Below, piece after piece: positions 11,370 through 20,265 of a stretch of DNA of 27,470 nt. The translations under genes were made by a program, and so were the position numbers. Numbering within the stretch: the first letter of the stretch is position 1; every line of letters begins with the position of its first letter. This DNA comes from Macrostomum lignano. Its lineage: Eukaryota. The notes beneath the pieces were generated by a model that worked only from the letters and a program-made list of their open reading frames with translations, did no database searches and had not been told where the DNA came from. Location: the NCBI GenBank assembly GCA_002269645.1, contig NIVC01005059.1, positions 1-27,470 of the forward strand, given 5' to 3'.

Positions 11370-11579
11370 TCCATAATCCCATTAAATCCATCCATATTAT
11401 CCCTGACAGAATCAGAAAAAAAGGGGGGTCGCACCTGCTCCAAAAACTTCGTCCATAATCCCATTAAATCCATCCATATTATCCCTGACAGAATCAGAAA
11501 AAAAGGGGGTCGCACTCGCTCACAAAACATCCTCCATAATCCCATTAAATCCATCCATATTATCCCTGACAGAATCAGA
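11370..11579. repeat. TIR-internal tandem repeats, 81-82 bp, 2 full copies plus a partial third
   Basis: TCCATAATCCCATTAAATCCATCCATATTATCCCTGACAGAATCAGA at 11370, 11452 and 11533; mirrored in the right TIR. Confidence 0.92.
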
Positions 11580-11631
11580 GCATAACAGGTGTCCTACTGT
11601 TATGCTCTGAGGGTTTATGCTCTGAGCATAA
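11575..11631. other. Nested palindromes in left TIR
   Basis: TCAGAGCATAACAG-8nt-CTGTTATGCTCTGA (perfect 14-bp stem, 11575-11610), followed by TTATGCTC-T-GAGCATAA. Confidence 0.85.
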
Positions 11632-11748
11632 CAGCTCCAAATCCACCCATAACATTTCTAAAACAATCAGAAAAATAATCTGCATTCTTCTCCCCACATT
11701 CAATTCGCAACGTGCTACCAGATCCCTAAGACTTTAAATCATCAGCGC

Positions 11749-11762
11749 AGGGTCCTCACCCT
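11749..11762 (+). promoter_or_regulatory. Palindromic AGGGT-N4-ACCCT motif upstream of left TIR ORF
   Basis: AGGGTCCTCACCCT, 26 nt before the ATG at 11789; the same motif occurs at 15919 and 26996. Regulatory role is inferred. Confidence 0.5.
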
Positions 11763-11788
11763 TTAAAAAAATTAAATTCTCAATAAAA

Positions 11789-12049
11789 ATGTTTCCAGTT
11801 GTCTCTCCAGGTTCCTATTATACTCAGCCTCATCCATTGTACAAATCCAAGTACCGATGCAAACTAGAATGCAGCGAGTACATGAGAAAATATTGGCCCG
11901 ATGTTGATATCAATGTCCCTAATATTAATCAAGCTCTCCAAAGACATTGGTTTCATAAGTATGGAGTAACCTACGTAACAGATTACGACAGCTACTATAA
12001 CTTTGCAGAAATCATTAGGCAGTTGAAGCTTACTAAAAAAACAGACTAA
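11789..12049 (+). CDS. TIR-encoded hypothetical protein, 86 aa (left copy)
   Basis: AAAAATG start context. The paralog in the right TIR shows synonymous differences, consistent with coding constraint. Confidence 0.7.
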   Translation: MFPVVSPGSYYTQPHPLYKSKYRCKLECSEYMRKYWPDVDINVPNINQALQRHWFHKYGVTYVTDYDSYYNFAEIIRQLKLTKKTD

Positions 12050-12125
12050 GTTCATTTATTCACAAGTATATTTACATAAAACAGGAGGAAATAAGGAGGA
12101 AAGAGCAGACACTGAGTGTGCAGGG

Positions 12126-12615
12126 CTATCCGGCCGAGAATTTCCTATTATTCGGATCCAGAAGAATATTGATTTTCCTCCCGCTCATTTCGTGTACAGC
12201 AAATCGTATATGGCAATAGCCCCATAATTCTGCCCGCTTGCCAGACTCTAGCAGCCCCGTCCGTTCCCGTCCATGGCTCCCGTCCCGTCCCTCTCTCCCT
12301 CTCTTGCTTGCCAGTGCCTCAATTGTAGCACAATAGAAGCTAGAACGCCCTTGCCTCTTGGACTTGGAGTTGTAAACTATAGATTTTCCTCCCGCTCATT
12401 TCGTGTACAGCAAATCGTATAGGGCAGAGTTCTTCCAGGGTTAATATAGATTTATACTTACTGGGTATACGAGAGCGTATTGTGTCTTTAACCGGTTCCA
12501 CCAGCTGCTGCCACATTCGCCGCCCCAGGGATAACAACGTTACCGTGTCAGTGTCGATCGCGCGGAAGCTACTGTATCTATTGTATAATACACTGAGAAA
12601 AATTTCTAGAGCCAT
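12126..12615 (-). CDS. Hypothetical protein, about 163 aa, with duplicated IRFAVHEMSGRKI motif (one frame break near 12372)
   Basis: The 12340..12615 ORF continues in another frame (..GRDGSHGRERTG..CHIRFAVHEMSGRKINILLDPNNRKFSAG*) to the stop at 12126. Confidence 0.45.
12171..12421. repeat. Perfect 40-bp direct repeat (12171-12210 and 12382-12421)
   Basis: GATTTTCCTCCCGCTCATTTCGTGTACAGCAAATCGTATA occurs twice, identically. Confidence 0.95.
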
Positions 12616-12782
12616 ATCTTAAAGTAGAGCTTAGTATTGAGCAGAGCTCTACCTACTAAAGAACTACTGATTCCCGATTCAGTATCCATATACGCGCTAA
12701 ATATTTTTTTAATCTGCAAGGTAATAATTATTAATATATTTGCTTATACTAGTTCTGCTTTTTTTCATTTACTTCACCTACA

Positions 12783-13421
12783 ATGTGTTTTAGAATTTCA
12801 ATGGACATAGCAATGCCTACATTTGAGGATGATTTGGTTGCTCTAGTAAGGAGGATGTGCGAGAGTGATGACATGAAGCAATCGAAGTATTGGATTGAGG
12901 AATTTAACAAAGTTGCGAGGCGATTCAATAAGTGTGTGATTAATCTACCATCTATCACTGGTAGGGTGGAAGGAATTGACGAACGAAAGAAGTTGGAGCA
13001 CATCAATGAGGCTGCGAACTTACTCCGTGATTCACTTGCTCGTGTCATTCCACAACCGGCTGTGGAATTTGTCTCTGGGAGGCATGACATTGCAGATGTT
13101 GTGAATGAGCTCAACAAAATTGACAAAATGATAAATGAACTACAAAATCAAGGACTTCAATACGGAATAAAGGCTGGAAAAATTCTGATCCGCATGAAGC
13201 TCGTACTGTCTGCTGAGGAATATAGAGCGTTTGCCATGAAGCTTCGATTTAAGCCGGTTTGGGGGAATTTCTTAATTCGGGTGGCAAGACTCAGCAACAC
13301 TCGCCCTATTCTAAATCGTTGTGGCATCTCGCTGTATCGACTGCGCTCAATAATTAAGTATGCCGATGAGGCATTGAAGATGCTAGAAGAAGAAGAAGAG
13401 GCCAGTGCACTCCTGGGTTAA
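12783..13421 (+). CDS. Hypothetical helical protein, up to 212 aa; C-terminal half DUF3102-like (tentative)
   Basis: Uninterrupted ORF. YGIKAGKILIRMKLVLSAEEYRAFAMKLRFKPVWGNFLIRVARL loosely resembles the DUF3102 pattern (IEIGxxLxxAK...W......A.NFMR.A). The true start may be a later ATG. Confidence 0.7.
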   Translation: MCFRISMDIAMPTFEDDLVALVRRMCESDDMKQSKYWIEEFNKVARRFNKCVINLPSITGRVEGIDERKKLEHINEAANLLRDSLARVIPQPAVEFVSGRHDIADVVNELNKIDKMINELQNQGLQYGIKAGKILIRMKLVLSAEEYRAFAMKLRFKPVWGNFLIRVARLSNTRPILNRCGISLYRLRSIIKYADEALKMLEEEEEASALLG

Positions 13422-13481
13422 CTAATCTGCTGTGACTAATGACTCTTGCTGCTATGACTCTTGCTTTTTCACATAAAAAAC

Positions 13482-13697
13482 TTTTCACACTGAATACTGC
13501 AGTATCTGCTGCTTTTCACATTGAATACTTTTCACATTGAATACTGCAGTATCTGCTGCTTTTCACATTGAATACTTTTCACATTGAATACTGCAGTATC
13601 TGCTGCTTTTCACATTGAATACTTTTCACACTGAATACTGCAGTATCTGCTGCTTTTCACATTGAATACTTTTCACATTGAATACTGCAGTATCTGC
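13482..13697. repeat. 47-bp tandem array (~4.6 copies), each with the palindrome ATACTGCAGTAT
   Basis: Units start at 13482, 13529, 13576, 13623 and 13670, between convergent genes. Confidence 0.95.
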
Positions 13698-13842
13698 GGC
13701 ACATTGAGTATAGGATAATGGTTGACAAGAAACAGCTGCCATATCCGTTCCGCTCAACACCCAACCACCACGCGGCAAAATGTCATAAGGAAAATATAGC
13801 CGCCTTTACAAGCTTTCTTTTCAACCGCTAGAGCCACTTGAA

Positions 13843-14307
13843 TCATTCTGCTCTCTCAACCCCCAGCTCTTTCAGCAGTCTTCCAAGTTCTTTACGTGGC
13901 GCGTGCAATATAAAGCCCACCTCTCTTCCCAAACACCCACCCTCGGCGTTAATTCCCAACCCCAATTTTGTCTTACCAAAAATAACAGCTTTAACTAGCT
14001 TCCGAGCGATCGATTCCTTCCACCCGCTTGAAGCCCCTATATTGTCTAGTCTCTTAAGCATTTCTTTGTCCCAGCGATTCTTCTCCTCAGGAAAATCTCT
14101 ATATTTAACATCGTGCCACATGCAGACAGAGTCTAGCTCGTTCACAGGCTCATGCCCAGGATGTGGATTATTGTTTTTATCTAACTGTATTTCAAGTGGA
14201 TTCAAAGGCCCGCAATATTTATAGCCGGGAAGTGTCCAGCCTTTGTTTGGATGAGGAAGCTTTTCTATCAGTCCATGTGAATCTATTTTACCACCAGAGC
14301 GCTGCAT
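13843..14307 (-). CDS. Parvovirus-type phospholipase A2 domain protein (PLA2X), about 154 aa
   Basis: TLPGYKYCGPLN calcium-binding loop and PVNELDSVCMWHDVKY catalytic HDxxY. Start set at MQRSGG (14307) because the longer ORF overlaps the integrase. Confidence 0.9.
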   Translation of the reverse strand: MQRSGGKIDSHGLIEKLPHPNKGWTLPGYKYCGPLNPLEIQLDKNNNPHPGHEPVNELDSVCMWHDVKYRDFPEEKNRWDKEMLKRLDNIGASSGWKESIARKLVKAVIFGKTKLGLGINAEGGCLGREVGFILHAPRKELGRLLKELGVERAE

Positions 14308-14337
14308 TATTTTATTTAAAATTTTCTTTTTAAATAA

Positions 14338-15374
14338 ATGACAGATCAGAAACTTAAAAAACTCTACTACAGCGACAAAGGATTCTTTGTAGGCAAAAAT
14401 GCCGTTAGTAAACTCATGGAGCTGAGTAAGGAACCAAAAGCTACAGTAGAAAAATGGCTCTCTAAGCAGGCTGTCTTTCAAATCTATTTCCCACCAGTAA
14501 AATTTGAAAGGCCCCATTTCAGTATTTATAAACCTAATGAGGCGCACCAAGCAGATCTTCTGTTTCTCCCCAATGACTCGGGCTACAAGTATGCTCTTAC
14601 AATTACAGACGTTGCTTCCAGATATAAGGAAGCTCGCCCACTCAAGACGAAGAAGTCAGAAGCAGTTGCAGCCGCCCTCCAAGATATTTATAAAAACTCA
14701 CCCCTTAGTTACCCTGAAATCTTTATGACAGACCCTGGTAAAGAATTCATGGGTGCAGTGAAATCACTTATGGAAAAGAAAAATACAGAGATTCGCTATG
14801 GCAGAACTGAGCTCCACAGAGATCAGGCTTTTGTGGAAAGATTCAATCTAACTCTAGCCAAGAGGCTATTCACTAAGCAGACAGCTGAAGAGCTGAAACT
14901 AAAAAGTGGCCAATACTACACCAAGTGGACAGACCGGCTCCCCACTGTTATAGAACAACTGAACAATGAAGTCACACGCATGACTGGATTGAAACCGTCC
15001 CATGCAATTAAACAAGACACTGTCGAACTTAAGTCATCTCATAAAACAGACAACAACACGACAACCCCACACAACACACACAACACAAAGCACACCTCGA
15101 ACTACCCTAAGCTTCCAGGAGTTGAATCACCATACATACTGACAAACTCTGAGTTTCTACGCTTTTTATATCTACCTGGAGAGCTAGAGAAAGACACCAA
15201 AAGAAGAGCTACAGATCCATACTTCAGCCTTGATGTACATAAAATAGACAGACATTTTACCTCCGACTCCGGTGACTATTACTTTTTATCTCAGGCCTTT
15301 AACCCTAAATCCCCACACGGTCATTCACTAGAGCTGAACTCCTAGTGATACCAGCTGACACAGAAATTAATTAA
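14338..15374 (+). CDS. Retroviral-type (rve) integrase, about 345 aa; one frameshift at ~15315
   Basis: HQADLLFLP, LTITDVASRY, TDPGKEF, QAFVERFN (D,D,E). Adding one C to the run at ~15315 gives the C-terminus TRSFTRAELLVIPADTEIN*. Confidence 0.95.
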
Positions 15375-15390
15375 AATATTAAAATAAAAA

Positions 15391-15837
15391 ATGACAAAGA
15401 TTGAAACCAGAACCATCAATAAACTCAATAAAATCATTGAATCAAAGAAACCAGGTCTTATATCAATTAAAGGTATCAAAGTAAAAATCGATCCCACGCA
15501 GCAAATAGTTCAGTGTAATGAACAAAGACACAGCATCACAGATGAAAAGTCAGGAGGAATCCTACCATTAGCAGCTCTTATTCCGATCATTGCAGGCGCT
15601 GTAAGTGCCGCAGGTGGTGTAGCTGGAGGTGTAGCAACTGCTGTTAAAGCTGGGAATGATAGAGCCCACCAGCTAGAATTGCAAAAGATTGCAAGAGACA
15701 AAGGTATAACAATTAAGGCAGGAGAGGGCTGCCCTGATCCTGATGATTGTGAGCATGAAAATTCTGTAAGCAAGTCTGACATTGTCAAAGCCATCATGAC
15801 ATTGCACAATGCTGGGTTTACAATAATGCGTATGTGA
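15391..15837 (+). CDS. Small virion protein with adenovirus pX-like GG/ILP hydrophobic segment, 148 aa
   Basis: KSGGILPLAALIPIIAGAVSAAGGVAGGVATAV resembles the adenovirus pX C-terminus as I recall it (MRGGILPLLIPLIAAAIGAVPGIA). AAAAAATG start. Confidence 0.75.
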   Translation: MTKIETRTINKLNKIIESKKPGLISIKGIKVKIDPTQQIVQCNEQRHSITDEKSGGILPLAALIPIIAGAVSAAGGVAGGVATAVKAGNDRAHQLELQKIARDKGITIKAGEGCPDPDDCEHENSVSKSDIVKAIMTLHNAGFTIMRM

Positions 15838-15918
15838 TGAGGTTTAAAACCCCACTTTATCCAGCTTCATAAACCTAACGCTACTTATAGGATGTAGAAA
15901 CAGTTCAACTTTTCTATC

Positions 15919-15932
15919 AGGGTGGTCACCCT
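15919..15932 (+). promoter_or_regulatory. Palindromic AGGGT-N4-ACCCT motif upstream of pPolB
   Basis: AGGGTGGTCACCCT, 28 nt before the ATG at 15961. Regulatory role is inferred. Confidence 0.5.
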
Positions 15933-15960
15933 CAAAATTTTTTTTATATTTTCGAGAAAA

Positions 15961-18900
15961 ATGCCAAAAGCCAATCCAGCAAGAGATTTAGTCAACAAAT
16001 ATTTTTCGTCTCATTTACCCTACCCTACAACCTTACAAGGCGTCTCATTTCAAGACAAAAGTAATTCACTAAGAGAAGCATGCAAACAAAAGTTCAACAC
16101 CGACCCTGGTCACCTGGGAAGCTATGAAAAACAGTTGGAAATCATCAATCAATTAGAATCAAACCAGTATGCGCCTATAAAAAATTCTGCAAAGGAACAC
16201 CAAGAGAGGAGTCGCAACTTAGTTAACAAATATGAAACTCTCACTGGTGAAAAAGCAAAGTACCCACAAAATAAGCAGGAACAAGAGAAATTAGAGCAAT
16301 TAATCCATTTAAAAGAGTCGGAGCTTGCCACTGAAGAGATTAATTTTGCACAGACGAAGTTTACAGAACATTACATAGAGTACACAATCCCAATAAACGG
16401 CACCAACGGTACCACCGCAAACATCTACGACTATAAAGACAGCATCCAATCAGTTGTTGATCACACACTCAAAACACGCAAGACTTTAAACTACAGATAT
16501 CATTCAAGATTGCGTTTTATATGCCTGCGAAACCCACTGAGCATCTCGAGTATTACATGACAACAAAGGCAAAGCCATTCACCCCAACAGACACACTGGA
16601 TCCTTTCCTTCAAGATGTCAATAAGAAAATTGAAGCGTTTACATCCAGAGGTTCCGGATGGGTCGTGGGAGGGATTCAAAGAGCGACTGTCATGGTCATG
16701 AAATATGACCCACTTAAAGCCTCCTCTTATATAGAGCTCCCGCATAAGCTAGCCGGTAAAAAAGCTTGCATAAATGTTAAAAATAAAGACAATTGCTGTG
16801 CTCTATGGGCAGTTCTTTCTGCACTTTTTAGTGTACCTCACCACCCCGAAAGAACCTCAAATTATCAAAATTATTTCAACTACTATCTCATCGAATGCGA
16901 AAAGAAGGGAATCAGGTTTGACAAAGGAGGCTTGGCGATCTCTCAGATCCCAAAGCTAGAAGAAGTGTTTAATAACAAAATTAGAATCACAGTCTTTGAG
17001 TGGAGTGAAAAAACTGAGAAAGTTCAACCGGTCAGATGTAGCAAAGACGTTTTAGATCCGAGGGGAAAAGGCGGACTGAAGTGGATCTTCTAGTGATTGG
17101 TAATTTACTAGAGGAGGCTCACTATGTTTGGATTAAAGATCTTTCAAGACTCATTCACAAGCAGTTGAATAATCATCACGAGGCTGTTGCCATCTGCCGC
17201 TTGTGCCTTAAGCATTACAGTGGACCTGAACGCTTTGAAAAGCTAACAGAGCATGAATTATCATGCGAGGATCACCCGACAAACTGCTCTCTTCCTTCAG
17301 CTGAAGAGAAGTATCTCCGTTTAAGAACTATCACAAGATGGAGAAGCTCCCATTTGTTGTATATGCTGATTTCGAATGCTCAATCATGCCGGAAACTCAA
17401 AAACAAACTCAAACTCAAAAACATGTCCCCAATTCAGTAGCATATGCCTTTATTAATACAAAAGGACTTGTTGAGTATAATTATTTCTTTGGAGAGCAGT
17501 GTGTGGAGCAGTTTATTGCCAGAATGTTAGAGTTGCAAAAAGTGATTAGCACCCTTCAACCTGTTCCAATAATGATGACTGAGGAGGATGAAAGCAATTT
17601 CCTATCAGCAACTCATTGCCACATCTGCAGGAAACATTTAACTTGCACTAATATTAAAAACCCCACCGTTAGGGACCACTGCCACTTTACTGGGAAATTT
17701 AGAGGTGCAGCGCATAACACCTGTAATCTAAAGCTAAAATCGAACATTCATGATCTAACGATATTTTGTCACAACGCAAAGAACTATGACATGCATTTAA
17801 TAGTTGAAAAAATCGGCATGATTCCAGACATACACCTTGATTGCATCGCAGAGAACAAGGAGAAGTTTAAGTGTGTTGATATTAAACAGGATAATTCGGG
17901 TACAGGTAAAATAAGACTGAAGGATTCATATCAATTTCTAGCTGCCAGTCTAGACGAACTAAGCAAGAATCTAAAAGATGAACAATGTACATATACAAAG
18001 ATGTTTGCAAGTAAAATTAACAACACTGATGAATCATTTAAACTCCTGAGAACCAAAGGCTTCTACCCCTATGAAAATATTACTGGGTATCACGTATTTG
18101 AAGAAGGTTTACCACCACAGGAGAAGTTCTTTTCAAAGCTAACAGACTCTGGAATCTCTGACAAAGACTATGAGCACGCGAAGCATGTCTATAATTACTT
18201 TAATTGTCAAAACTTCTTCCAGTATCACCTGCTTTACCTCTTCACAGATGTGTTTCTGCTGGCTGATGTGTTTGAAACCTTCAGATACACCTGGTACACA
18301 GCATATGGCCTCGATCCAGCACATTATGTGTCTCTGCCTGCCACTAGCTGGGAATCTTTGCTTAAAATGAAATGGGATCAAGATCCAGATTGGTACATTG
18401 AACTTCTTACAGACATTGACATGTACAATTTTGTCGAATCGTCAAAGCGAGGGGGAATCTCAATTTGTGTTAACAGGTATGCAAAAGCAAACAATCCCTA
18501 CATTGAATCTTACAATAAGGAGCAGCCCTCAAACTACATTACTTACTTGGACGCTAATAATCTCTACGGGTGGGCGATGAGTCAAGATCTTCCAGTTAGA
18601 GATTTTCGATGGCTACCCTCATCAGAATTAAATGGGACTTTTCATTGGCTGCCATTTATGAGGTTGATGTTTACATTCCACCAGAGCTTCACGACTATTT
18701 CTCTGACTTTCCACCCTTCCCAGAGAACATCAAGTGCCCGAAAATAATCGAAACTCCCAATGATAATAATGGAACTTGGCACCTGTCAGGAACAGAAAAA
18801 GAACATACAGAGAAACTAACACAGAATCTAAACAACAAGACACGTTACAAAATCCATTACAAACTGCTTCAGTATTTTATCTCACTTGGTTGCAGGGTCA

Positions 18901-19828
18901 CCAAAGTTCACAGGGCTCTTACATTTACAGAGGAAGCGTGGATGAAACCCTACATTGATAAGAACACCCAGTTTAGGACCAAAGCAACCAACGACTTTGA
19001 CAAGAACCTCTTTAAGTTGGCCAACAACTCTGTCTATGGCAAGACTCTTGAGAATGAGCGGAAAAGAACAAACCTGAAACTTGTTACCTCATCAGAGCCT
19101 GCTGTTATTCAGGCAAATATGTCAAAGCCAACATTCAAAGAACTCCATATCTTTAATAGCTACTTAGGTGTGATCATATTTTACAAAACCAAGGTGACGC
19201 TGCGCAAGCCGATCTATACAGGTGTCACTGTTCTCGACGAATCAAAACGTCTGATGTACCAGTTCTTCTATGGCATGAAGCAGCAGTACAAGGATAAAAT
19301 GAAACTCTTGTACACTGACACAGACAGTTTTATTATGGACATTCAAACAGAAGACATTTATCAGGACATGCTGCAGCAAAAAGATTTGTTTGACTTGTCT
19401 GAGTATGATGAATCTTGCAGGACGCTGAATGGCGATCAAGTGTTTGACGCCACTAACAAGAAAGTGATTGGGAAAATGAAGGACGAGATTGCTGGTGACA
19501 TAATCACTGAATTCATTGGGTTGAGAGCAAAGTCCTATTTTATAAAATGTGAGTCGTCAGACCCAATAAAAAATCAAAGGGAATTCCGAAACGTGTGGTT
19601 AGGAAGGAAATTAATGAAGCTGAATACAGAGACGCCTTGAATTGCAACAAAAAGACATCACATGAGTTCTCAAAGCTACAATCTAAAAACCATATTATTC
19701 ACACAATTCAGCAAAAGAAGATTGGACTGTCAGGTGCAGATAACAAGAGATTCATTTTTGATGACAATATCAACAGTCTACCGTTCGGGCATTGGAGGTT
19801 AGGTTTAGGAGGTGGATATTGGGTTTAG
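15961..19828 (+). CDS. polB: Protein-primed family B DNA polymerase (pPolB), about 1290 aa after repairing 5 single-base frameshifts
   Basis: GSGW, DPLKASSYIELP, NKDNCCALW, HYVWIKDLSRL, FVVYADFE (ExoI), HNAKNYDMH (ExoII), KGFYPYE, YLFTDVFLLADVFE (ExoIII), YLDANNLYGWAM (A), KLANNSVYGK (B), YTDTDS (C), GKMKDE. Breaks at ~16515, 17080, 17320, 18630 and 19577; 3868+5=3873 nt is a multiple of 3. Confidence 0.97.
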
Positions 19829-19861
19829 GTTTGAGAGAAAGTTTAATAAACCTCATAAAAA

Positions 19862-20262
19862 ATGACAACAAATAACTTTCTTGAAGATTTGGCTAACGAA
19901 CTGGAAATCCCAAACTTTAGAGGAATATTTATGAGGGACACTCTGCCTGATTTTCCTCTAAGAAAGAATGCGGCATCATGAACTTTGACACCACCGATAA
20001 GCCAGGATCTCATTGGGTTTGCTGGGTGATTGATCCCGATCGCAAGCACAAGTGTTATTACTTCGATAGCTATGGGACGGCAGTACCAGAAGAGCTAAGA
20101 AATTATATGAAGGGAAAAAATAATAAAAAAATTTATCGCTCAGACTTTATTCTCCAAGGTCTTAGCAGTGATATTTGCGGTGAGCTGTGCATGACTGTTT
20201 TGTATGCAATGACCAAAACACGAAAGACCTACAAGGAAATTATTCTTGGCTGTGTTTCATAG
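19862..20262 (+). CDS. Adenain-like cysteine protease (maturation protease), about 133 aa; one frameshift at ~19960
   Basis: FRGIFMRD, GSHW (His), YFDSYG (Asp), ILQ (Gln), ICGELC (Cys). Confidence 0.93.
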
Positions 20263-20265
20263 GGT

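Larger units (their letters stand above)
11325..12025 (+). repeat. Left terminal inverted repeat (~700 bp)
   Basis: Reverse-complement match to 26731-27470, ending at ATCATTAGGCA(G/A)TTG. Confidence 0.93.

Noticed and set aside
11288-11585. ORFs 11288..11554 and 11295..11585
   Set aside because: They span the host/TIR junction and are translations of the TIR tandem repeats.
13760-13842. RKLVKAAIF / LGVER echo downstream of the PLA2 stop, or an alternative frameshifted tail (..KACKGGYIF..)
   Set aside because: Short and interrupted by stops; cannot be distinguished from chance or a sequencing indel without reads.
14308-14550. Long 235-aa version of the PLA2 ORF starting at 14550
   Set aside because: The extension is antisense to the integrase; the start context and PLA2X-like sequence begin at MQRSGG (14307).
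15961-19828. Programmed ribosomal frameshifting to explain the split pPolB and capsid genes
   Set aside because: There are too many breaks, all one-base losses in runs, and the same pattern affects the non-coding right TIR; sequencing error is simpler.
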